Source: an uncultured Eubacteriales bacterium (GTDB taxonomy: Bacteria; Bacillota; Clostridia; Christensenellales; CAG-138). Taken from it: 57,975 nt of DNA. Location of the stretch: contig ONMC01000004.1 of assembly GCA_900318745.1 (NCBI GenBank), positions 1-57,975 on the forward strand, given 5' to 3'. Of the stretch, positions 9,734-15,944 are shown in pieces. The position numbers and the translations under genes are program-made. Numbering within the stretch: the stretch's first letter is position 1; the number at the start of each line of letters is the position of its first letter. The notes below the pieces were generated by a model that made no database searches, had not been told where the DNA came from, and saw nothing but the letters and a program-made list of their open reading frames with translations.

Positions 9734-9833
9734 GCAGCATCCTCCGTCGGAAAGCAAACGCTTTGATTTCGTCCTCCATTATATGACGGCGCAGGAGGAA
9801 AGTCAATTCCGCGGGACGGGCGCGGAGAAACGA

Positions 9834-9856
9834 AGACCGCGGTCTGCCCGCGGTCT
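9834..9856 (-). terminator. hairpin terminating the ARH-GGCT operon
   Basis: AGACCGCGG-tctgc-CCGCGGTCT is a 9-bp stem located 48 nt after the stop at 9904. Confidence 0.5.
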
Positions 9857-9903
9857 CCGTGCTGCCTGTTCGTTTTTCAAATCTCAACCGACCCGTTGCG
9901 GCG

Positions 9904-10410
9904 TCAGTTTTCGATCGCCCGATCCAGATACCGTTTCGCCGTTTCTGCGGGAACGCCGCATTCTTCGATCAAGGCGGTTTCGATCCATGCGCGGTACCGA
10001 TCGGACGGCGGATTGCTTTGATGCCGGACCGGCGACGTGAACGAAACGATCGGATTCCCGTCTTCGGCAGGACCGAGATCTACCCGCTCGGTATACCAAT
10101 CGCCCTCCTGCTTCTGGACTTCGGCAAACTGCTCTTTCGTGATCCGGTACAGACGCAGATAGATCTCGTCGTCTCCGTCCGGATCGAAAAAGGCGACGCC
10201 GCCGTAATCCCATTTTTTGCTGCTTTTCGCAAAATACAGCTGTCCGCGCACGGTTTGAAACGCTTCGCCCGTCCACAGGGATTTGTCGGTACAGCCCTTT
10301 TCCGGGATCCCGTTGGCAGGATTGACCGTTCCCTTGATGTAGGAGCGAAAGCGCGACGCGCTCAGATTGGACCCGTAGCAGGCATACCAGACCGTATCAT
10401 TCTTTTTCAT
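9904..10410 (-). CDS. gamma-glutamylcyclotransferase (GGCT)-like protein, 168 aa
   Basis: The N-terminal VWYACYGSNLSASRF matches the GGCT YGSNL motif. ATG at 10410 follows AGGAGG. It overlaps the upstream gene by 14 nt. Confidence 0.6.
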   Translation of the reverse strand: MKKNDTVWYACYGSNLSASRFRSYIKGTVNPANGIPEKGCTDKSLWTGEAFQTVRGQLYFAKSSKKWDYGGVAFFDPDGDDEIYLRLYRITKEQFAEVQKQEGDWYTERVDLGPAEDGNPIVSFTSPVRHQSNPPSDRYRAWIETALIEECGVPAETAKRYLDRAIEN

Positions 10411-10759
10411 TCCATTTTCCTCCTGCGATCTTCTCCCCGAGGGTTTCTTTTGCATATACGTATACGAAGACGTCGATGCGACCGCTTTCATTTTCCGCGG
10501 GGACCCGGATCCTGTGATACAGCGATCCTTCTCCTTCGTATTCGTCCATATTCCGAAGCATATCGGAATCGACCTCATATACTTCGCCGTACACGCAGTC
10601 TCCTGCCGACGGACGGATCCCGGGATACCATCCGAGACGATACATCGCGTAATCCTTCAGCCGGTATTCGCCTATGAATCCGGCGCCTTTCAGAAATCCG
10701 TGCGCACGTTCGCCGCGCATCAGCGTTCCGTACACGAACACACAATACCGGTCGTTCAT
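10397..10759 (-). CDS. gamma-glutamylcyclotransferase family protein (AIG2/GGACT-like), 120 aa
   Basis: The VFVYGTLMRGERAH motif and the overall size are typical of AIG2-like GGCT proteins. Confidence 0.8.
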   Translation of the reverse strand: MNDRYCVFVYGTLMRGERAHGFLKGAGFIGEYRLKDYAMYRLGWYPGIRPSAGDCVYGEVYEVDSDMLRNMDEYEGEGSLYHRIRVPAENESGRIDVFVYVYAKETLGEKIAGGKWNEKE

Positions 10760-10762
10760 TCT

Positions 10763-11083
10763 TCAAACACCTCTCTTTTGATCTCCTGTGCACGTTTTAC
10801 GATCAGATCCTGCATGAAATCGAGCGATTTTTGCGCGAGGATGTCGTTGTGCGTTTCGTCCTTTATCATTTTTCCGGTATTCCGCAAGTCCCGCGAACAC
10901 GTATCCCTGCGCAAGCGACAACAGGCCGAACGTCCGTGCTTCGTGCTCAACGTCGTTGATAAAGTCGTTTTCGAACACCACGTTATCCCCGTGCTCGGAA
11001 AGCATGACCGGCATCATGGATCTCAGATCGTCATATACCTGCGTCGTGCCGTTCTCCGTGTTTTCCGCCGTAACTCTGTACAT
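10763..11083 (-). CDS. small hypothetical protein (reading frame probably switches at an A5 run, see findings)
   Basis: ATG at 11083 lies 8 nt after AGGAGG. The first ~74 aa look protein-like and the last ~32 aa are Arg-rich junk. The alternative frame (10756-10869) reads as normal protein and ends in an ATGA overlap with the next gene. Confidence 0.5.
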   Translation of the reverse strand: MYRVTAENTENGTTQVYDDLRSMMPVMLSEHGDNVVFENDFINDVEHEARTFGLLSLAQGYVFAGLAEYRKNDKGRNAQRHPRAKIARFHAGSDRKTCTGDQKRGV

Positions 11084-11098
11084 GACGGCGACCTCCTT

Positions 11099-11899
11099 TC
11101 ATTCGGTGATCTTCGGCGGGAACGCCTGCTCGAACGATTCCAGAACGGAAAGCAGGCGGCGGTCCAGATACCGCTTTGCACGGGTCCGAAGGGACTCCGG
11201 AATCCCGTAATATGCTTCCGCGATCGCGCCTGTGCAGGCGGCAAGCGTATCGCTGTCGCCGCCGATGCTGATCGCGTTGCGGATCGCGTCCTCGAAGTCC
11301 GTCGATTCGAGAAACGCCTCGATCGCCTGAGGAATCGTTTCCTGACAGGTTTCGTTGAACGCGTAATCGTCGCGGATCTCGTCGAGCGTGAAATCCAACG
11401 GATAATACCGCTGCCGGACCTGCGCGCGGATCTCCTCTTTCGTCGCGCCGTGCAGTGCGAGATAGGTCGCAACGGCGATCGCCTCCGCACCCTTGATCCC
11501 CTCCGGATGGTTGTGCGTGACCGCGGTCACCGCTTCGCTCATGGCGATGCACGTTTCAAGATCGCGCGCCGCCCAGGCGACCGCGCTGACGCGCATCCCG
11601 GCGCCGTTTCCGTAGCTGTTGTACGGCTTCGGATCGTCGCTGTATATCCAACCGTAAAAGCGTTCGCCGTAGCCGCAGTCCGGATACGGACGTCCGATCT
11701 TCTGCATGCAGCGGACCGTCTGATCCGGCAAACGCCCCGGATCGCCGCAGCAGTCGAGGATCGCCTTTGCCACGGCCAGCGTCATCACGGAATCGTCCGT
11801 GAAGAAACAGCGCCGATCGAAGAACCCGAACTCCTTTGACTTGATATTGTCCCATTCAAACCTTGACCCGACAATATCGCCGATGATTGCACCCAGCAT
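11099..11899 (-). CDS. ADP-ribosylglycohydrolase family protein
   Basis: MLGAIIGDIVGSRFE..., FTDDSVMT and GGDSDTLAACTGAIAEAYYG are typical ARH/DraG-family motifs. ATG at 11899 follows GGAGGA. Confidence 0.85.
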   Translation of the reverse strand: MLGAIIGDIVGSRFEWDNIKSKEFGFFDRRCFFTDDSVMTLAVAKAILDCCGDPGRLPDQTVRCMQKIGRPYPDCGYGERFYGWIYSDDPKPYNSYGNGAGMRVSAVAWAARDLETCIAMSEAVTAVTHNHPEGIKGAEAIAVATYLALHGATKEEIRAQVRQRYYPLDFTLDEIRDDYAFNETCQETIPQAIEAFLESTDFEDAIRNAISIGGDSDTLAACTGAIAEAYYGIPESLRTRAKRYLDRRLLSVLESFEQAFPPKITE

Positions 11900-11926
11900 T
11901 GTTTTGTCCTCCGCTTTCTGTCTTAT

Positions 11927-11935
11927 ATTATAGCA
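11927..11935 (-). promoter_or_regulatory. extended -10 promoter (TGcTATAAT) of the ARH operon
   Basis: The minus strand reads TGCTATAAT about 28 nt upstream of the ARH start codon. Confidence 0.4.
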
Positions 11936-12175
11936 TATCATGTGTCCCATAAATCGACAAGGTCTTGTGACAGAGATCCTCGAAAAAGAAAAAACGGCGC
12001 AAAATGCGTACCTATTATGACACGATCCGTGCCGTGCTGACGGATGCCGCAGTCCCTTTTTCGAAAAAAGACGGAACAGGATCGTTTTCTGTCCGATTTA
12101 TCGGATAGATGATAATGGATAATGGATTTGAAGAGAGGGAGAACCCCTGTATCGAGTCAAAAGGAGGAGCCGGAA

Positions 12176-12967
12176 ATGCGCATGATGGGCTTTGGCAGAG
12201 ACGATAAGAAGACGGAGGCAGCAGCGCCGCAGACGGAAAAATCCGATCAGCCGGTGAGATCCCTTGTGCGGATCCGGTTCGACCGCTTCGATCGGGAACT
12301 CACGTATTTCAACGATCGGTTCGACCTGAAGGAGGGCGATCGGGTGTTTGTTTCCGGCAAGCTTGCAGGGCAGATCGGCGTCGTCATCTCGGTGACAACG
12401 AAGTTCCGCATCAAACGATCCGATTACGAGTGCGTGATCGCGCCGGCGCAGACGCCGATCCACGGCACGTATCGCCCCGTTGCGGATAAGATGCTGAGCT
12501 ATGACGGCAACGCGCTGTCGCCCGAGGCGTTCCGTATGTGGGTGATGCCGCCGGAGGAGCCGACGGAGGATCCCGAGGATGAAGTCATCATCGGCGACGG
12601 CTATGAGATCCCGCTGGACGATCCGCGCCGTGCGGAGGGCGTCGACGACGCCGTGTTTCGCCGCGCGCTGGATATATGCAGGCAAGGCAGGGTCGGGTAT
12701 ATCGCCGTAAGGGACGGCGTCGGGCGTGCGTATGTGGAAGGCGAGCACTGGTACGAACTGGAGTTCTGCATGCGCAATCATGCGATCGCGGAGGCTTACT
12801 GCGGCTGTCCGTACCCGGGACTGTGCAAGCATCTGCTTGCGGTCGCCGTCACACTGTCGGCAATGTCCAAGCGCGGCGAGCCGGATCTTTCCCGCGACTT
12901 CGTGCTGATCGACGCCGATCGGTTTTTCGGTATGGTCCGGCAGAACGAACTGCCCGTGACGGTATAA
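12176..12967 (+). CDS. SWIM zinc-finger domain protein
   Basis: The CxC-x6-CxH motif (YCGCPYPGLCKHLLAV) lies near the C-terminus. ATG at 12176 follows AGGAGG. The N-terminal half has no function I can recognise. Confidence 0.65.
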   Translation: MRMMGFGRDDKKTEAAAPQTEKSDQPVRSLVRIRFDRFDRELTYFNDRFDLKEGDRVFVSGKLAGQIGVVISVTTKFRIKRSDYECVIAPAQTPIHGTYRPVADKMLSYDGNALSPEAFRMWVMPPEEPTEDPEDEVIIGDGYEIPLDDPRRAEGVDDAVFRRALDICRQGRVGYIAVRDGVGRAYVEGEHWYELEFCMRNHAIAEAYCGCPYPGLCKHLLAVAVTLSAMSKRGEPDLSRDFVLIDADRFFGMVRQNELPVTV

Positions 12968-13092
12968 AACAAGTTTGGAGGCGGGATCGGAAAAATACCT
13001 CCTATCACACACCTCTTCCGATCCCGCTCTCCGAAATCCTTTGCCCGATGCGGCGCCGGTTCTTCCGGGAGATTTCCCGTCATGTGTCTTTT

Positions 13093-13388
13093 TCATTTTC
13101 CGATCTTTTGGTCTCCGGCAGACCACACATGCTTTTCTTTTGCGGCGGAGGGCTTGTTCTGCGCCACGGCGTCAATGCCAGATCCACCGCCTTCGCCGCT
13201 CCTTCGATATGGTGAAGCTTTGTCGCGCCGACAACAGGAGAGGTTGTCTTCGTCAGCAGCCAGGCAAGAGAGACTTCCGTCATGGTCACGCCGTGCATTT
13301 GGGCCAGCTCCGCCACCCGGGTGATGATCACATTGTCCTGTTCGGCCGTTGCGTCATACTTGAACTTCGCATAGGCATGCTTATCATC
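13093..13388 (-). pseudogene. aldo/keto reductase remnant (C-terminal ~100 codons only, internally frame-shifted)
   Basis: The open frame from 13388 reads DDKHAYAKFKYDATAEQDNVIITRVAELAQMHGVTMTEVSLAWLL...GATKLHHIEGAAKAVDLALTP. The AKR-like tail AQNKPSAAKEKHVWSAGDQKIGK then continues in another frame. There is no N-terminal catalytic part and no RBS. Confidence 0.6.
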
Positions 13389-13456
13389 TTACCTCTCCTC
13401 GAATCTTGACAATCGCCGCAATTATACCATGCCCTGTTGATAATAACAAGAAATAA

Positions 13457-13488
13457 AACCTCTCCTGTCTTGGTAGACAAAAGAGGTT
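13457..13488 (-). terminator. rho-independent terminator; homolog of the hairpin at 14672-14701
   Basis: AACCTCTCCTGTC-ttggta-GACAAAAGAGGTT. On the minus strand it is followed by a T-rich tract. It shares TGTCnTGGTAGACAAAAGnGG with the tRNA-proximal hairpin. Confidence 0.6.
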
Positions 13489-13498
13489 TCTTTTCTGC

Positions 13499-13550
13499 CT
13501 AAGTACGCCCAAAAGTACACTTTTTAGGCTAAGTACAACTAAAAGTACAC
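13499..13550. repeat. two direct copies of CTAAGTACnnCnAAAAGTACAC, 30-nt period
   Basis: CTAAGTACGCCCAAAAGTACAC (13499-13520) and CTAAGTACAACTAAAAGTACAC (13529-13550) match at 19 of 22 positions. Confidence 0.7.
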
Positions 13551-13589
13551 TAGAGAAAAAGGGATTATGAAAACTATACTGCTCGGAGA

Positions 13590-14381
13590 CTAATCGCTAT
13601 TTTGCTCAGTCCACACGGAATAGCTTACGTCATTTGCGGCACGACTTGCTTCTTCTGCAGCTTCTTTTGCCGAGTCTGCGGCATCCTGAGCAGCGTAGTA
13701 TGCCAAACGCTGATACTCTGCGGCTTCTTGAGCTGCTTCCAGGCGCTCCTGCTCAATTCTTAGCATTTCCGCACGATGTGCCTCAGCCTTCTCCATCTCA
13801 ACCCGTTTTAGTTCTTCATCATGCCAAAGATTGAGTGCTTCCTTGAGCGAGTCTGCTCGGCCATCTCGTAGATAGTCAATTAATATGGATACTATCTCTA
13901 TCTTTTTGTATTTCTCGCTAATGATAGTATTTGTGCGAACGCTATTTGAGTACTCTTTATACGCCTGATCCGCGCGACGATACTCAGCTTCAGCTGCGGC
14001 TACTGCGTCTTTCTTTTCTTGTTCCGCTGTTTCTTGAAGCGCAGCGCGTTCTGCCTGATAGTCATAATAGTACGCTTTTTCCGCCAACGGATACTGCTTG
14101 CGGTACTCAGCAATGGCTTTCTCGTATTTTGACTTTTTTGCCATGTATATTGGTACTGCCAATTTGATCAAGCCTCTCGGCTTTATCGGCTCTGACCCGA
14201 TCTTATCAGCAATATATGAGGATTTATGGGAATCATCAAATGATTCCAACTTTGAGCGGAAAGTGTTAAGAACGCTTTGCCGATTTGAAATGGCTCTATC
14301 TAAAGCATTTTTTTCGCGGCGCTGGGCTTCTAAATCCTTTAGCAACGAAATAAGCTGGTTTACGGACTCCTGTTTATCCAT
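13590..14381 (-). CDS. coiled-coil protein of unknown function (263 aa)
   Basis: It has its own promoter and an AGGAG RBS. The protein is rich in E/A/K/Q heptad-like stretches. It sits in an AT-richer segment, and I recognise no family. Confidence 0.7.
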   Translation of the reverse strand: MDKQESVNQLISLLKDLEAQRREKNALDRAISNRQSVLNTFRSKLESFDDSHKSSYIADKIGSEPIKPRGLIKLAVPIYMAKKSKYEKAIAEYRKQYPLAEKAYYYDYQAERAALQETAEQEKKDAVAAAEAEYRRADQAYKEYSNSVRTNTIISEKYKKIEIVSILIDYLRDGRADSLKEALNLWHDEELKRVEMEKAEAHRAEMLRIEQERLEAAQEAAEYQRLAYYAAQDAADSAKEAAEEASRAANDVSYSVWTEQNSD

Positions 14382-14426
14382 TCTGAATCACTCCTAATTA
14401 CCGGTTTAGATGCCTTTAACAAAAAT

Positions 14427-14455
14427 ATTATACCACGGCAGCGGTCAGAATACAA
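14427..14455 (-). promoter_or_regulatory. sigma-A promoter of the coiled-coil gene
   Basis: On the minus strand: TTGTAT (14455-14450), 17 nt, TGgTATAAT (-10 at 14432-14427). Confidence 0.55.
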
Positions 14456-14514
14456 TGCCGACAGGGTAATCAATCATATCGTTATTTGAACGATTCAAAT
14501 CCTTCCGCCCTGGC

Positions 14515-14560
14515 TTTTTGGGGCGTACTTAATCTCGGTAAAGTACAAACAAAAAGGTAC
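14515..14560. repeat. further AAGTAC-type repeat copies (one inverted, one direct)
   Basis: The reverse complement of 14515-14532 is TTAAGTACGCCCCAAAAA, an inverted match to 13500-13516. AAGTACAAACAAAAAGGTAC (14541-14560) is a direct copy. Confidence 0.6.
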
Positions 14561-14584
14561 GTCGTTTTGTGCCCTGAAAAAGGT

Positions 14585-14632
14585 AAAATTGGGCTTCCGA
14601 ACAGTCATGAAACCGCTCGGAAGCCCAATTTT
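14585..14632. terminator. strong hairpin (16-bp perfect stem)
   Basis: AAAATTGGGCTTCCGA-16 nt-TCGGAAGCCCAATTTT, flanked by A and T runs. Confidence 0.55.
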
Positions 14633-14671
14633 TCGAAAAACACCGTATTTTTGCTCAAATAGCACGAAAAA

Positions 14672-14701
14672 GCCGCCTTTGTCGTGGTAGACAAAAGCGG
14701 C
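14672..14701 (-). terminator. rho-independent terminator of tRNA-Arg
   Basis: GCCGCCTTTGTC-gtggta-GACAAAAGCGGC. On the minus strand it lies directly after the tRNA CCA end and is followed by TTTTT. Confidence 0.7.
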
Positions 14702-14709
14702 TACTCTTA

Positions 14710-14786
14710 TGGCGTGCCTGGGAGGATTCGAACCTCTGGCCTTCAGAGTCGGAGTCTGACACTCTATCCAGCTGAGCTACAGGCAC
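14710..14786 (-). tRNA. tRNA-Arg (anticodon CCG), CCA encoded
   Basis: The minus strand reads GTGCCTG-TA-GCTC-AGCTGGATA-GAGT-G-TCAGA-CTCCGAC-TCTGA-AGGCC-AGAGG-TTCGAAT-CCTCC-CAGGCAC-G-CCA. It folds as a cloverleaf with a 7-bp acceptor stem and anticodon loop CU-CCG-AC. Confidence 0.9.
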
Positions 14787-14815
14787 ATGATCGGGATCGT
14801 CCCGAACGCCTGCCT

Positions 14816-14844
14816 ATTATAACACAGGATTCCGAACGTTGCAG
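14816..14844 (-). promoter_or_regulatory. putative promoter of tRNA-Arg
   Basis: On the minus strand: CTGCAA, 17 nt, TGtTATAAT (-10 at 14821-14816), 29 nt upstream of the tRNA 5' end. Confidence 0.4.
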
Positions 14845-14872
14845 GAACCGCAAAAAACGGTTCCGTCTGGGA

Positions 14873-15760
14873 TTACGGTTCACATCCGGGCTTCCAGCGG
14901 TAGTTTCTGCCGGGCTGCAGCGGTTCGCCGGAGCTTTCGATCAGCTCGGAGACCGTGACGAGTTCGTAGCCCTGATCGAGGAGCCAGGGGATCATTTCGT
15001 CGAGCACGTTGAGCGTCGGCTGATGGTGATCGTGACAGAGGATGATCGCGCCGTTGCGCGTTTTCTTTTTCACGACCTCCATGATCTTTTTCTCGTTTTG
15101 CGTCAGCCAGTCGGCGGTGTCCACCGACCATTTGACGACCGCCATGCCCGCCGCCTTCGCGCCGCTGTAGACGGACCCGTCCGTCTTTCCTCCCGGCGGA
15201 CGCATGGTGCGCGGCGTGTAGCCGCCTTCGATCCAGCCGGAGAACTCGTCGGCGGCTTTCAGAAGACGCTTGCAGTTCGTACTGCTCGAAAAGGTCGTCA
15301 TGTCGTCGTGGTTCCAGCCGTGCACGCCGATCTCACAGCCCTGATCGATCATTTGCTGCAGCATCGGACCGGTTTTGTCGTTGACGGCGGACGCGAGCAA
15401 ATAGAATGTTGCGACGACGTGATACTCGCGAAGCTTGGCAAGGACCGGCTCGGTCAGCGTCAGATTCGGACCGTCGTCGAAGGTCAGCGCGACCATCGGG
15501 CGGTTCGGATCCTTGGTCGGTTCGGGCGTCGGCGTGGGTTCCGGCGTGGGCGACGGCGTGGGCGTCGGGGAAGGCGTCGGCACCGGGATCGGCGTCAGAA
15601 CCGGCGGTTCGGTCGTCAGCACGATCGCTTCCGCCTCCGGTTCCGGTTCTGCGGGCGCTTCGGTCGGGACCGCGCTCGGCGCTTCCGCCTGCCGGAAGCT
15701 TTCGCCCGCGCACGCGAGACAGAGCAGCAGACATAACAAAATGGAAAGAAGTCGTTTCAT
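14873..15760 (-). CDS. secreted polysaccharide deacetylase (NodB homology domain)
   Basis: The protein has a signal peptide (MKRLLSILLCLLLCLACA), a Pro/Thr/Glu linker, then VALTFDDGP...HGWNHD...ILCHD NodB motifs. Met76 of the track ORF was chosen as start. Confidence 0.85.
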   Translation of the reverse strand: MKRLLSILLCLLLCLACAGESFRQAEAPSAVPTEAPAEPEPEAEAIVLTTEPPVLTPIPVPTPSPTPTPSPTPEPTPTPEPTKDPNRPMVALTFDDGPNLTLTEPVLAKLREYHVVATFYLLASAVNDKTGPMLQQMIDQGCEIGVHGWNHDDMTTFSSSTNCKRLLKAADEFSGWIEGGYTPRTMRPPGGKTDGSVYSGAKAAGMAVVKWSVDTADWLTQNEKKIMEVVKKKTRNGAIILCHDHHQPTLNVLDEMIPWLLDQGYELVTVSELIESSGEPLQPGRNYRWKPGCEP

Positions 15761-15874
15761 GTGTCGAATGGTATCATAATTTGTCGAAAAAAGCAATGTT
15801 TCCGTCGAAAAAGAAAGCGGGGAAGCGCGGTAGACAGAAACCGCGTCCGGATTTTGCGCCGTACGCTTTTTGAC

Positions 15875-15903
15875 TTGCTTTTGCGGCGGATATCCCGTAT
15901 AAT
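15875..15903 (+). promoter_or_regulatory. putative sigma-A promoter of DUF1015-aspartate kinase operon
   Basis: TTGCTT (15875-15880), 17 nt, TATAAT (15898-15903). Confidence 0.5.
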
Positions 15904-15944
15904 GATAGTTGTACAATATTGCAATTTGCAAAGGAGATCGAAAC

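Noticed and set aside
12004-12108. 34-codon ORF in the ARH/SWIM intergenic region
   Set aside because: It has no RBS and unremarkable composition, and it lies in a divergent promoter region.
12098-13126. 342-aa ORF on the minus strand
   Set aside because: It is antisense to the SWIM gene, is Arg-rich and has no RBS.
13499-14532. The idea that the inverted TAAGTACGCCC repeats define an invertible (phase-variable) segment
   Set aside because: The segment is ~1 kb and contains a whole gene together with its own promoter, so inversion would not switch expression. No recombinase is nearby. A remnant of integration or regulatory sites is more likely.
14684-15736. 350-aa ORF on the plus strand
   Set aside because: It starts inside the tRNA terminator, reads straight through tRNA-Arg and is antisense to the NodB deacetylase.
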